DNA of 64,000 bases from an uncultured Gammaproteobacteria bacterium (GTDB taxonomy: Bacteria > Patescibacteriota > Microgenomatia > Daviesbacterales > UBA10151): contig CAZJNI010000003.1 of NCBI GenBank assembly GCA_964547465.1, forward strand, positions 21,334 to 85,333, read 5' to 3'. Positions 18,328 through 28,375 of this stretch are shown piece by piece (within the stretch, counting starts at the first letter, position 1; each line of letters begins with the position of its first letter). Below the pieces are notes generated by a model. The model had not been told where the DNA came from. It searched no databases and was given only the letters and a program-made list of their open reading frames with translations. Position numbers and translations under genes: made by a program.

Positions 18328-18603
18328 TTGGAATTGGCAGTTGTAGTTATTTTTTCAATTTTAAATGAGTCAATAATTGAATATTTATTTGGAAGTATTA
18401 AGGGGCTACGCCCATATCTTCCCCTTTTGTCTTTGACAGTGGCTATAATCTTAACTTTTATTTATCAGATAAATATTCTGTCAATTTTTTTAGGGATTCA
18501 AACCAACAGTCCTTTTTTAGATTTTTTGCTGTCAGCTTTTATAATTGCCAGACTGTCAAACTTTATAAATGATTTTTCAAGGCGTGTTTTAGGAAGTAAA
18601 TAG
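18328..18603 (+). CDS. small two-TM membrane protein immediately downstream of the amidase
   Basis: 91 aa with two hydrophobic helices. Starts 1 nt after the amidase stop. Confidence 0.35.
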   Translation: MELAVVVIFSILNESIIEYLFGSIKGLRPYLPLLSLTVAIILTFIYQINILSIFLGIQTNSPFLDFLLSAFIIARLSNFINDFSRRVLGSK

Positions 18604-18616
18604 AACTAAGGTCAAT

Positions 18617-18672
18617 TCAGACCACCTGCAATTCAGACCACCTGGAGGGTGGGTTAGCTTGGCACCCATCCT
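18617..18672. repeat. REP-like element downstream of RAYT-2
   Basis: cagaccacctgcaattcagaccacctggagggtgggttagcttggcacccatcc. Palindrome caccctccaggtgg variant also seen in the 27036 copy. Confidence 0.65.
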
Positions 18673-18684
18673 TTTATGCATATT

Positions 18685-19362
18685 TTATCTCTCAAGTGTT
18701 ACATGCTTTATTTGCTCAAGTTTCCTGGCGTAATCTACTTGATCTAAACAGAACTGTTTATATTTTTCTTTGGAAGAAAAAAGGTCCAAAACTATTTCTT
18801 TGCTGGCAATATTCTGATTAGATAATCCAAGGTATTCTGGATAAGACGACCAAACATAATTCTCCAGCTGTTCTGGTTCAATCAGAAATGAGGATACCGG
18901 GTTTAGATGAATATATCTTGATACATGAATAAGTTGCTCATCTGATTCAATGTGAACTGCTTTAAATACACCCTCAAATAAGGGACCGATACGTTCATGT
19001 CTGGTATTAAAATACTTGGTATAAGAATTGGTGAAGTTTGAGGTAAAAGTAGAAATTCCATTCTCAAGCTTTTGTTTTAGTAAGAAGTGAAAATGATTTG
19101 GCATTAAACAAAAACAGATTATTTCAACCAGCTTTTTATGATCTCTTTTGATGGTTTGGATCAATTTTTCTTTTTCTTCTTCGGGAAGCGTTAGAAACTT
19201 GGATAGTTTGAGTGGAAGATTGGCAAATCTGTAAAAATCAAGAGTTTGTACCCCACGGTCCAGTTCCCGCTTATTGGTAAATGTTGGTCTTTTTTCAACT
19301 CCTCTATTAAATACATGGTAAATCTCATCATTGGCAAAAACTACTTTCCTATTAGTGGGCAT
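18685..19362 (-). CDS. IS200/IS605-like HUH tyrosine transposase, REP-associated (RAYT-like), copy 2
   Basis: MPTNRKVVFAN..., HUH CLMPNHFHFLLK, Tyr region VSRYIHLNPV. Paralog of 12648-13328. Confidence 0.7.
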   Translation of the reverse strand: MPTNRKVVFANDEIYHVFNRGVEKRPTFTNKRELDRGVQTLDFYRFANLPLKLSKFLTLPEEEKEKLIQTIKRDHKKLVEIICFCLMPNHFHFLLKQKLENGISTFTSNFTNSYTKYFNTRHERIGPLFEGVFKAVHIESDEQLIHVSRYIHLNPVSSFLIEPEQLENYVWSSYPEYLGLSNQNIASKEIVLDLFSSKEKYKQFCLDQVDYARKLEQIKHVTLER

Positions 19363-19390
19363 ACAACTCTAGAATACTGTAAAAGAGAAA

Positions 19391-19485
19391 AGGTGTCAAC
19401 GTATACCACCTTCTAGGTGGACTACATAGGCACCTGCTCTTCTCTATGATGATGTCAAGCTATTCCACCTTCGAGGTGGTCTTAG
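19391..19485. repeat. composite REP-like elements between methyltransferase and RAYT-2
   Basis: ggtgtcaacgta + taccaccttctaggtggactacataggcacctgctc, then gtcaagctattccaccttcgaggtggtcttagg. Two palindromic cores in tandem. Confidence 0.65.
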
Positions 19486-19498
19486 GTTTTAGATACCA

Positions 19499-20209
19499 TC
19501 ATCCGGTAAAAATGTACATGTAGGAGTCTTCTCTATTTGGTGGATTATATTTAAATGGTAGCGGTAAATGAGGCGAAGCAGATCTTCTGATTGCCAGACC
19601 AAAATGATGTTTTAAGGAGTTGTCTTTAGAACGTTGCTTGATACTAGTTTCTATTCGGTGATTCTTCCAAAAATCCGATAGTCTGGAAATTTCTTCTTGT
19701 GTCATGAGTACTCCAAATCTGTCTAAAAACATTATTCCATCTTCTTTTAATAGGGCATAACATTGTTTCAATGCAGCTAGAGGATCTCCTAAATACGAGA
19801 ATGTAGCGCAACTGGTAATAAAATCAAATCTTACATCAGGAAAAAGCTTTTTTACCTGCTGTAGATCGCCAATGCGATAGTCGATGTCAGGTAAGGGTTC
19901 AGAGGCGGGTCGCCTATAATCAAAAGCGGATATGCCATATAGTCTAACTTGAGGATACAATCCGGCTAAGTCTACCAAGAAACTTGTATCCCCGCAGCCT
20001 GCGTCCAGTAATGTTGTTTCTTGATTTTGAGCAAGCTCCTCTTTTATGTGACATATTAAATCTTTTCCATAGAATTCAGGTAGGTAGTGTAAGTACTCAG
20101 TTAAACCTCTAGCGACCATGAAGTCTTGATCAGAAGTTTGTGAAGAATAAGCACAAGACCTCTCTTCTCTTATAAAACCCAATAAACTTGCGCTTTCAAT
20201 ATTTGGCAT
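19499..20209 (-). CDS. class I SAM-dependent methyltransferase (module 2, upstream of RAYT-2)
   Basis: Motif I TLLDAGCGDTSFL, DYRIGDLQQ, FDFITSCATFSYL, and post-motif LLKEDGIMFL. Confidence 0.55.
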   Translation of the reverse strand: MPNIESASLLGFIREERSCAYSSQTSDQDFMVARGLTEYLHYLPEFYGKDLICHIKEELAQNQETTLLDAGCGDTSFLVDLAGLYPQVRLYGISAFDYRRPASEPLPDIDYRIGDLQQVKKLFPDVRFDFITSCATFSYLGDPLAALKQCYALLKEDGIMFLDRFGVLMTQEEISRLSDFWKNHRIETSIKQRSKDNSLKHHFGLAIRRSASPHLPLPFKYNPPNREDSYMYIFTG

Positions 20210-20262
20210 ATACTTTTGTAGAGAATTATACTTTACCTCGAGGGCATTTGCAAACTATGGGA

Positions 20263-20472
20263 TTATATTGGCTTTCCGGCCAGGCCATAGTTTAGAAGAT
20301 CACCTATAAAGCCAATCAGCTGATATGGCCAGGTTAAAATCACGCTATAAAAGCCCGGAGATAAAAAAGATAAATACGGCCATTTGTAATACAGGGCAAA
20401 AGCTATGGCTACGGAAAAACCTATCATGAAATAACCAATGGCAATATTTGATATAATCCTACTGGTTTTCAT
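20263..20472 (-). CDS. small two-TM membrane protein
   Basis: 69-aa ORF directly downstream of gyrA, 3-nt spacing. Hydrophobic helices present. Confidence 0.3.
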   Translation of the reverse strand: MKTSRIISNIAIGYFMIGFSVAIAFALYYKWPYLSFLSPGFYSVILTWPYQLIGFIGDLLNYGLAGKPI

Positions 20473-20474
20473 TT

Positions 20475-22937
20475 TTACTCCTTGGCGTCATTTGTTTTTT
20501 CCTTAGATGAAACAGTTGTAGCCGCAGCGACTTTTTCTCCGGCCCTAACCCTCATTAAAATCACTCCCTGGGTTTGCCGTTGAAGTGTTGGGACTTCCTT
20601 AAGGCTCATTTTAATAAGTTGGCCTTTGGTTGAAGTTAATACTAAAGTATCAGTTGATTTATCCACCATTTGAGCTGTAACTATCTCCCCTGTTTTAGCA
20701 GTAATTTGAGCTGCTTTAACCCCCTGTCCTCCTCTGCCCTGTCTTGACCAACCAGAGGTAGCAGTTTTCTTACCCAAACCATTTTCCATAATTACCAAAA
20801 GCTCTCCTTCCAACTTCCCTACGATATTTAAAGAAACTACTTCATCATCTTTTCCTAATCTTATACCTCTGACTCCGGATGTATCCCTGTGGGTTGGTTT
20901 AACTCCTTTTTCAGAAAACCTGATGGATTTACCTTTTTTGGAGACAATTATTACATCATCCAAACCAGAAGTTGGGCAAACCCAACCAAGGATATCTCCC
21001 TGGTCCAGCTTTATTGCAACCAGCCCGTTTTTTCTGATATTTTGATATTCCCCCAGAGCGGTTTTTTTAACAGTTCCTTCTGCTGTACACATGAAGAAGA
21101 ATTTAGATTCAGTTTCCTTCTCTCTTCTGGTTAAGACAGCGGTGACTTTTTCGCCCTGCTCAATATTTATCAGATTAACAATTGCCTGACCCTTGGCTGC
21201 CCTTTGGGTTTCCGGAATATCCCAGACTTTAACCTGATAAACTTTGCCTTTATCTGTAAAGAAAAGCAGATTGTCGTGAGTTTGAGTATAAAAAATGTGG
21301 GACACAGCGTCTGTTTCCTTGGTAGAAATTCCCATTACCCCTTTGCCTCCTCTTTGTTGGGTTCTAAAACTCATCGGAGATTGCCTTTTTACATAACCGC
21401 CTTCTGTTATGGTGACAATTGTTACTTCATTTGGAACTAAATCTTCCTCATTAAACTCCCCTATTTTTTGTTTATACACCCTTGTTCTTCTGTCATCCGC
21501 ATATCTATCCTTAATCTTAATTAACTCATCTTTGATAACTTTTAATATTTTTTCCGGATGTGAGAGCAGATCTTCAAGGTAAGCAATCAACTCCTTAACC
21601 ATTTTCAGCTCTTCCTCGATTTTTAACCTTTCTAATGCGGCCAGACGGCGCAGCTGCATATCCAAAATAGCAATTGATTGTAGTTCAGATAGCTTAAAGC
21701 GAACCATCAAATTCTTCTTTGCCTCATCCGAGTCTTTTGATTTTTTGATCGTGTCTATCACCGCATCTATATTGGAAACAGCAATCATAAGTCCTTCCAG
21801 GATATGAGCTCTTGCTTTGGCTTCAGCCATTTCAAATTCGGACCTACGCCTTACTATTACTTGTCTGTGGGTTATAAACTCCTCAAGAATATGCTTTAAG
21901 GTTAAAAGCTGTGGATGTACTCCATCAACTAAAGCCACCAGATTAACATTAAATACAGATTGCATGGCTGTATGTTTGTAAAGGCTGTTCAATAAAGCTT
22001 GAGGTTTAGCATCCCTTTTTAAATCAAATACAATTCTGACCATTTGTTTTCTGTCGGATTCATCCCGCAAATCACCAATTCCTTCTAATTTTTTATCTTT
22101 TACCATCTCTGCAATCCTGGCAATTAAAGTTGCTTTATTAACCTGATAAGGTAGTTCAGAGACAATAATCTGCATTTTTCCGGCAGGAGTCTCATCTATC
22201 TCTGCTTTTGCTCTCATCACAATTCTTCCCTTTCCGGTTGCATAAGCTGCCAAAATTTCAGTTTGATCATAAATTGAGGCGCCTGTCGGGAAATCCGGTC
22301 CTTTGATAAAGCCAAGTAAATCCTCAACAGTGGCATCAGGGTGTTCTATCATGTGAATTAATGCATCACAAACCTCACCTAAATTATGCGGAGGGATTTG
22401 AGTCGCCATACCAACAGCAATACCTGAAGCTCCGTTTAGAAGCAGGTTTGGTATGACAGACGGAAGTACCACCGGCTCTTGTATAGTTCCGGAATAATTG
22501 TCAACAAAATCAACTGTGTTTTTGTTAATATCACGCAGCAACTCTTCTGAAATTGCCGCCAGCCTGGCTTCAGTGTAGCGCATGGCAGCTGGTGAATCGC
22601 CATCAATAGAGCCAAAATTTCCCTGCCCGTCAATCAGCATATACCGCAGGGAGAAATTTTGAGCCATACGAACCATCGCCTCATATACAGGAGCATCACC
22701 GTGTGGATGCAAATTTTTCAAAACCTCTCCAACTACGGCAGCAGATTTTTGATATCTGGAGGTATGGTGTAGACCTTGCTGATGCATGGCAAAGATAATC
22801 CTTCGCTGGACTGGTTTTAATCCATCCCTAACATCTGGTAGAGCTCGAGAGATAATGACAGACATTGCATAATTCACATATGAATCCTGCATTTCTTTTA
22901 TTATTGGGGTTGGTTGTATTTTACCGATATTACTCAT
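20475..22937 (-). CDS. gyrA: DNA gyrase subunit A
   Basis: N-terminal [14 protein letters not shown] and [10 protein letters not shown] (active-site Tyr region). 820 aa with C-terminal beta-pinwheel repeats. Confidence 0.9.
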   Translation of the reverse strand: MSNIGKIQPTPIIKEMQDSYVNYAMSVIISRALPDVRDGLKPVQRRIIFAMHQQGLHHTSRYQKSAAVVGEVLKNLHPHGDAPVYEAMVRMAQNFSLRYMLIDGQGNFGSIDGDSPAAMRYTEARLAAISEELLRDINKNTVDFVDNYSGTIQEPVVLPSVIPNLLLNGASGIAVGMATQIPPHNLGEVCDALIHMIEHPDATVEDLLGFIKGPDFPTGASIYDQTEILAAYATGKGRIVMRAKAEIDETPAGKMQIIVSELPYQVNKATLIARIAEMVKDKKLEGIGDLRDESDRKQMVRIVFDLKRDAKPQALLNSLYKHTAMQSVFNVNLVALVDGVHPQLLTLKHILEEFITHRQVIVRRRSEFEMAEAKARAHILEGLMIAVSNIDAVIDTIKKSKDSDEAKKNLMVRFKLSELQSIAILDMQLRRLAALERLKIEEELKMVKELIAYLEDLLSHPEKILKVIKDELIKIKDRYADDRRTRVYKQKIGEFNEEDLVPNEVTIVTITEGGYVKRQSPMSFRTQQRGGKGVMGISTKETDAVSHIFYTQTHDNLLFFTDKGKVYQVKVWDIPETQRAAKGQAIVNLINIEQGEKVTAVLTRREKETESKFFFMCTAEGTVKKTALGEYQNIRKNGLVAIKLDQGDILGWVCPTSGLDDVIIVSKKGKSIRFSEKGVKPTHRDTSGVRGIRLGKDDEVVSLNIVGKLEGELLVIMENGLGKKTATSGWSRQGRGGQGVKAAQITAKTGEIVTAQMVDKSTDTLVLTSTKGQLIKMSLKEVPTLQRQTQGVILMRVRAGEKVAAATTVSSKEKTNDAKE

Positions 22938-23016
22938 GTATGAAGCATTTAAAAAGAGCCTAGCGCTCTATGTTAATTATAATCTGTCTAGGGGATTAAA
23001 GACAAGGGTTGTAAAC

Positions 23017-23871
23017 TTATGAAACAGTAGGTGGTGAGTTGTCATATGAAGGAGAGATTCTCGGATATTTTTCTCCTAAAATCCCCTTAATTCTAGCAAT
23101 TTCGTAGTTGTAATTACGATTGCAAACTATCACAATATCTGCCATTTCTTCTAACATAGGAGCTACTCTTCTAAAATCGTCAATCTTTTGAGTGGCTGCT
23201 TTGAAAGATTGTTGTGAAGTGTATCCTCTCTCCTCAACTTGGGTTTTATCCAGTAAAGCTAATTGTAATCCCTCAAGCGTTGTGATAAAAATTTTGAGAT
23301 TGGAAAGATTAGCCAATTCTCCATAGAAGGAACTGACTCCTTCAAGAATTAAGTAATCTCGGCTCAAAAGTGTAATTGTATACCCAGCTTTTTGTTCTAT
23401 TTCCTTGGGAGTAAATTGATAAAGCTGAGAATTTTGAGGGGCTTCTCCTGTTTTTCCAGTTTCATGAGAGTGATAGCGGAAATACCGTTCTCTTTTACTA
23501 AGTAATTCTTCTATATCTTGAGTAGCTTCTTCCAAATTACTTGCCTCAGGAGCAGGACCCGACACATTATTCGCCAGTCTCCATTCTCTCGATTTAAGGT
23601 AGCAGTCTAAATCTACTACATTTTGTGATCTGCCAATATAGTGGGCAAGTTGATAGCTAAATGCAGATTTACCAAGGGTGCTTTGTCCGCTTATGGCGAT
23701 AATAAACGTGCCATAAGAAACTTCGTTAGCATTTCTTGCGCAATTCTCTATTATTCTTAATAGATCTCTTCGATTATGATCTAAAATTGCGTGTCGCCAA
23801 GGTACACTCTCAACGAATTCGGTTCCTGTTAAGACTCCTGTTTGCGCTCGTGTTAATCGTTTCTCTGTCAT
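23017..23871 (-). CDS. P-loop NTPase, possible uridine-kinase/PRK-like kinase
   Basis: Walker A-like IIAISGQSTLGKSAFS near the N-terminus. The rest is unassigned. Confidence 0.4.
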   Translation of the reverse strand: MTEKRLTRAQTGVLTGTEFVESVPWRHAILDHNRRDLLRIIENCARNANEVSYGTFIIAISGQSTLGKSAFSYQLAHYIGRSQNVVDLDCYLKSREWRLANNVSGPAPEASNLEEATQDIEELLSKRERYFRYHSHETGKTGEAPQNSQLYQFTPKEIEQKAGYTITLLSRDYLILEGVSSFYGELANLSNLKIFITTLEGLQLALLDKTQVEERGYTSQQSFKAATQKIDDFRRVAPMLEEMADIVIVCNRNYNYEIARIKGILGEKYPRISPSYDNSPPTVS

Positions 23872-23958
23872 TTTCTAAATTAGAATAGAGACTATAGTTT
23901 ACTACTGATTGTCAACATTAAGCTTTATACCCATGTTACTACCCATGCCAGGTATGGA

Positions 23959-24603
23959 TTAAGTAGACATACTGGGATTTTTAATTTTCGCCCACTTTTC
24001 AAAAGAACATTTTTTAGGCCAGTTGCGCCAAGCTTGCTTGTTTCTGTAAAGTGGAAATTCTGATTTTTTAACCCAATGCAGATTTTCCGGGTTAGTAATA
24101 TGATCTACAAATACTTTGCCATTTAAATGATCAATTTCATGTTGAAAAATCCTGGCAGTATAATCAGTATGTTTCTCTTCAATCTGACGAAACTGTATCG
24201 GAAGTCTATTGACGAAACGGTATGACAGCTTGAATGCCTTAACTTTTATGGAAACAGGTCTGGAAACTATTCCGCAAACTCTGGAAGTGGAGTAACAGCC
24301 TTCATACCATTCCGCTTTTTGTTTGGAAACCCAGGTAATTTCTGGATTAATGTAAATATGGAGACTTCCTACTTTACCCCGCCCATCCGCCTTCACATCC
24401 ACCAGAATTATTCTTTTTAAAATCCCAATCTGTGGTGCAGCCAACCCTACCATGATAGGTTTTTTATTATTTTTCTGTTGTCCGCGTGCCACCTTAAGCA
24501 TGGTTTCTACAACTTCTCGGATTTCCGGGCGGGTAAGCTGAATTTCTGGAACAGGCTGGGAAATTTGTTTTAATCGTGGGTCACCGGGAGGTAAGAATAT
24601 CAT
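23959..24603 (-). CDS. def: peptide deformylase with N- and C-terminal extensions
   Basis: Motif 1 GLAAPQIG, motif 2 EGCYS, motif 3 QHEIDHLNG. At 214 aa it is longer than the canonical ~170 aa. Confidence 0.8.
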   Translation of the reverse strand: MIFLPPGDPRLKQISQPVPEIQLTRPEIREVVETMLKVARGQQKNNKKPIMVGLAAPQIGILKRIILVDVKADGRGKVGSLHIYINPEITWVSKQKAEWYEGCYSTSRVCGIVSRPVSIKVKAFKLSYRFVNRLPIQFRQIEEKHTDYTARIFQHEIDHLNGKVFVDHITNPENLHWVKKSEFPLYRNKQAWRNWPKKCSFEKWAKIKNPSMST

Positions 24604-24658
24604 TTGTATTTTTTGAAATTATATATTATTTGATTAGTTTCCACATTTTTTAATAGTT

Positions 24659-25420
24659 ATGTTATACTTTCAGGCTATGACTATGCTTTTACCACCGGGT
24701 GGAAATCCTGAAAGAGCCGGAAGTTTTGTGCAAACAGAATCAACTCAAACAGCAGTTGGTAAAATAGAAGATAGACTAATAGCCCTCCAGCGTGAAATAG
24801 GGATAGAAGCTTGCGATTTTGTAAGTAGAATTAACTATCAAGATCCATTTAATCTTTTATCTGATGGTTTGTATGGAGAAATAACAAGAAAAGCAATTTT
24901 GAAATCAGCTGGATCAGCTGATTTATCTGATATATTGCCACCAGAATACAGGGTTGCTCGAGCTATTGAAGAAGATATATTAGTAAATCAAGTTGTATCT
25001 GTTTATAGATATGACCCTGATTTTAGAAGTGGAGTATCATCTGTAACAGATATAGTATTAAAATTAAAGCCGTTTATCCAAGGCCATCTTAATTTTGCCT
25101 CAAATCCCAATTATGGGTTTGTTGCCGATGGTACTTCTTATTCCCACAATACCCTGAATCCTTATTTAGAGGTTAATCGAAGCGGAGCATCACTAGTAAC
25201 ATATTTAGGAGGAAGAATGCAATTTTACGGGAGTAGATTTTCAACTCCATCTCGAATTGCCGGGTTGAGCTTTGGGGTGAATCAGTTTGAAGCAGCTGGT
25301 GCAGTATTTACAATGCAGAAGATGCCCGAAATAGAACAACTTCTACATGCTATTAAATTTTTGAAAGAAATAGATGCCACTATTCAAAAAATGGGTTTTG
25401 GTCCTTCACCCTTTAGCTAA
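24659..25420 (+). CDS. hypothetical protein
   Basis: 253-aa ORF with coding-like composition and no recognised motifs. Confidence 0.4.
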   Translation: MLYFQAMTMLLPPGGNPERAGSFVQTESTQTAVGKIEDRLIALQREIGIEACDFVSRINYQDPFNLLSDGLYGEITRKAILKSAGSADLSDILPPEYRVARAIEEDILVNQVVSVYRYDPDFRSGVSSVTDIVLKLKPFIQGHLNFASNPNYGFVADGTSYSHNTLNPYLEVNRSGASLVTYLGGRMQFYGSRFSTPSRIAGLSFGVNQFEAAGAVFTMQKMPEIEQLLHAIKFLKEIDATIQKMGFGPSPFS

Positions 25421-25443
25421 TTAACCATTTTATCCAATAAGAT

Positions 25444-26469
25444 TTATACTCTGCGGACTTTTTTGCGAGCTGTTTCGATTAACCAGTTAATCTTATAAGA
25501 AAGCGGATTTATTATCAGGTCTCTGGCATGCATATATTCAATATCTTCTCCCCCAAAACCTCTTTTAAAAACTGATACCCCCCAGAATCTATGGTTTATT
25601 TCCCCTTCCGGTGCTACTCCCCAGAAATTGTAACGCCTCATTCCCCGCTTTTTTGCCTCCTTTATGGCTTCCCACTGTATTAAATATGCCCCGGGATAAA
25701 TTCTTCCATCCAGAGTAGAGGCTCCATAATGATAATCAGCTTCTTCTCCATAAAAAATTATAAAAGCTTGAGCAAGCTTTCTTTTTCCAAGATAAGCTGT
25801 AAAAAGCAGCACCTGGTCATCTTTAACAAATACAGAAAACTGTTCTTTCAAAAATCTTTTATCAAATTCTACAAAATGTTGCCTTTTTGCAGTTTCTCTT
25901 TGCAGCTTGTAAAACTCATCAATATCCTCAAGTTTTTTACTGACAGTGATTTTAATTCCCAACTTGATTGCTTTTTTAATTTCATACCTGGTTGTTTTTC
26001 TCATTTCAGAAAGAAGTTGATCTTCTTTCTTTTCCAGATTGAGCTGTCTTGTGAGTTCTGCATGAAGATGCATAGGAGCAGATTTAAATCCTAATTTTTC
26101 AAAAACTAAACTATTTTTTTCATTTTCCAAAATTTGAGGACGAACTCTTACAAAGCTGCATTTTTCCTGTTTTGCAATTTCCTCAATGATTCTTCTAAAT
26201 AAATTTAGCTGTTCTATATCTTCCCAATTAATTAATGGTCCGCCGGGGATTGTTAAGTAGCTGGCTCGCTTTGCCTCTTCTTTAATAACGAGCATAATTC
26301 CAACCAATTTTTCTCCATCATAAAATCCAATTCTTTTAATAACTTTTCCCAAATTTTGATGAAACTCTCCCCAGCTCCAACTCTGAAGGAAATTAGCCTC
26401 TTTGTGAGAAACCATGAATTTTTCCCATATTTTTTCACTTGTAATTTGTTCTACTGTAATTTTAGCCAT
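25444..26469 (-). CDS. FemAB-family peptidoglycan interpeptide-bridge aminoacyltransferase
   Basis: FLQSWSWGEF signature and overall FemAB-like length and layout. Overlaps the next gene by 19 nt. Confidence 0.65.
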   Translation of the reverse strand: MAKITVEQITSEKIWEKFMVSHKEANFLQSWSWGEFHQNLGKVIKRIGFYDGEKLVGIMLVIKEEAKRASYLTIPGGPLINWEDIEQLNLFRRIIEEIAKQEKCSFVRVRPQILENEKNSLVFEKLGFKSAPMHLHAELTRQLNLEKKEDQLLSEMRKTTRYEIKKAIKLGIKITVSKKLEDIDEFYKLQRETAKRQHFVEFDKRFLKEQFSVFVKDDQVLLFTAYLGKRKLAQAFIIFYGEEADYHYGASTLDGRIYPGAYLIQWEAIKEAKKRGMRRYNFWGVAPEGEINHRFWGVSVFKRGFGGEDIEYMHARDLIINPLSYKINWLIETARKKVRRV

Positions 26470-27659
26470 TGGTTAATTAATTGGGAAATTTTCTCTGCTT
26501 CTTTTTCATCAATATTTATATGTGTAGGCAGATTAACAATTTCATCTGATGCTATTTCAGAGTTTGGACACTGATTTTTGTAATCTGTTTGAGAAAGATA
26601 TTTTTTTGGAGCAATGGGCCCGTCATACCAAATATCTGACACGTAAATTTGATGACTCTCAAGATATTGGATAAGATTAATTCTGTTATTAACAAAAATT
26701 GGGAAACGAAGATTAGAAGATTGTGAAATTTGATTGACTATAGATGAAGATAGAATTTTCGGATTTATACTTTTGGCATAAATGTAAGAGATTGCTTTTC
26801 GATGATGTAAATTTTTCTCTAATTTTTCAAACTGGTCTTTTATAAGGTTGGCGTACCAATTTGGGAGTCTATTCAGTTCATTATTTGAGCCGTTATCCAT
26901 TGGTCTTGATAATAAGTTTAATTTTTTGGCAGTAAAATGAAGGATTTTACCAATACCTAAAAAGTAGCTATTTCTAATAAGAAAACTAAAAAGAGGATAG
27001 AGTCTATCAATTAGCTGAATTTTTGTGTCCACACCTCGAAGGTGTGAATCTATCCCACCCTCCAGGTGGATTACGTTGACACCTGTCCTTTTTATTAATG
27101 CTCCGCCGGAAATTCCATCTATCATTTTATCCTGGCTAAATGATAGAGCTACAAAATCTCCCACCATCCCGGCTTCTTGAGTGCCCTCATATCTGGTACC
27201 AATGGAGTGTGCTAAATCTTCAATTAATATAATTTCATTTTCTTTACAGATTCTGGAAATTTCTTCCGCTTTGCAAGGATAACCCAAAGTATTTTGAATA
27301 ATGACTACTTTAATTTTTGGGTTTTCATTTAATTTTTTTTGTAAAGATTGAGAGGAAAAATTTAAACTGCCCTTTTCAATATCTAAATATTCAATATTCA
27401 GCCCCGCTTTTTTAACTGCATCATAAACCGCAAAACAGGTAAAACCATTTATGGCAACATATGAATCTTCCTCCAAATTTAAAATTTTTAGAGCAAGTTC
27501 TATAGCTTGTCTGCCTTTATATAATAAGGTTACTTGGCCACCATATTTATCTTCCAGGAACTTTTTCAAGTTATTTGATTTTCCATCAAAAGTCAGAAGA
27601 GATTTTAAAACAAAACTAAAATCATAATTAGAACCTAAAGAATTAAATATATTCATCAC
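26451..27659 (-). CDS. DegT/DnrJ/EryC1/StrS-family PLP-dependent aminotransferase carrying an in-frame REP-derived insertion
   Basis: KGRQAIELALK...YVAINGFTCFAVYDAV and DLAHSIGTRYEG...DFVALSFSQDKMIDGISGGAL (PLP-Lys region) fit the DegT family. The 20 codons GVNVIHLEGGIDSHLRGVDTKIQ are encoded by the REP element at 27036-27086. Confidence 0.7.
   Translation of the reverse strand: MMNIFNSLGSNYDFSFVLKSLLTFDGKSNNLKKFLEDKYGGQVTLLYKGRQAIELALKILNLEEDSYVAINGFTCFAVYDAVKKAGLNIEYLDIEKGSLNFSSQSLQKKLNENPKIKVVIIQNTLGYPCKAEEISRICKENEIILIEDLAHSIGTRYEGTQEAGMVGDFVALSFSQDKMIDGISGGALIKRTGVNVIHLEGGIDSHLRGVDTKIQLIDRLYPLFSFLIRNSYFLGIGKILHFTAKKLNLLSRPMDNGSNNELNRLPNWYANLIKDQFEKLEKNLHHRKAISYIYAKSINPKILSSSIVNQISQSSNLRFPIFVNNRINLIQYLESHQIYVSDIWYDGPIAPKKYLSQTDYKNQCPNSEIASDEIVNLPTHINIDEKEAEKISQLINQWLKLQ
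27036..27086. repeat. REP-like palindromic element inserted in-frame inside the aminotransferase CDS
   Basis: tgtccacacctcgaaggtgtgaatctatcccaccctccaggtggattacgttgacacctgtcc. Same family as the REPs flanking both RAYT genes. Confidence 0.75.
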
Positions 27660-28375
27660 AACCCCTTTGCTATTTTTTCCACAACTTCTTTTGGATTAGT
27701 AAATTGCGGAGAATGCTTGGCTGACTTTATTATATAGAAAGTGGAGTTGGGAATTAATTTATGCATTAAACGGCCATCAAAAACAGGAGTGGTTTTATCA
27801 AACTCACCCCAGATAATTGTGGTGGGGACATTAATTTCAGATAAGTGAGGCGTTAAATCAGAAGAGATCAAATTTTTCATGGTCTGTTTCATCAGAGGAG
27901 TAGCTTTGTTATAATCGCTTTCTCCGGTTAGTTTATATAACAGATCTTTTAACGTTTCAGAGGATGTAAGCCTCTTGCCCCATTTGGCAATTTTTCTAAA
28001 AATAAATCTTTTAATTCTTATTGATAACTTTTTATGATAAACTCCCGCGCTATCAATCAATATTAACTGCTCAACTTTTTGCGGGTATTTTAGGGAATAT
28101 GCCAAAGCCATTCTTCCCCCGCTGGAATGACCAATTAAAATAACTTTTTCATTGCCAACTTTATTATTAAGCCAATTAACATAATCATCTAGGTTCCATA
28201 CCCGGTTGATTTTTTCTGTTAATCCTGGAATTTTAGGTAGTTTAACATCAAATCCCGCCTCTTTTAAAAGATTAATAAATGGTAGCCATTTTTCAGTTGA
28301 ATATGTCCATCCATGTAAAATGATTATAGTCCCCATTGTTCTCTCCTCCTTTGCCAAACCAGTTCTCTTCTGCAT
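27656..28375 (-). CDS. alpha/beta-fold hydrolase
   Basis: Nucleophile elbow GHSSGG (LIGHSSGGRMA) at 239 aa. Overlaps its neighbours on both sides. Confidence 0.6.
   Translation of the reverse strand: MQKRTGLAKEERTMGTIIILHGWTYSTEKWLPFINLLKEAGFDVKLPKIPGLTEKINRVWNLDDYVNWLNNKVGNEKVILIGHSSGGRMALAYSLKYPQKVEQLILIDSAGVYHKKLSIRIKRFIFRKIAKWGKRLTSSETLKDLLYKLTGESDYNKATPLMKQTMKNLISSDLTPHLSEINVPTTIIWGEFDKTTPVFDGRLMHKLIPNSTFYIIKSAKHSPQFTNPKEVVEKIAKGL

Noticed and set aside
14217-18603. Possible prophage lysis cassette (DUF360 holin-like plus amidase)
   Set aside because: The two genes are 3 kb apart, separated by a P-type ATPase. No integrase, terminase, capsid or tail genes are nearby.
25729-26094. Plus-strand 121-aa ORF inside the FemAB gene
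   Set aside because: Antisense, low-complexity (F/K/I-rich) shadow ORF.
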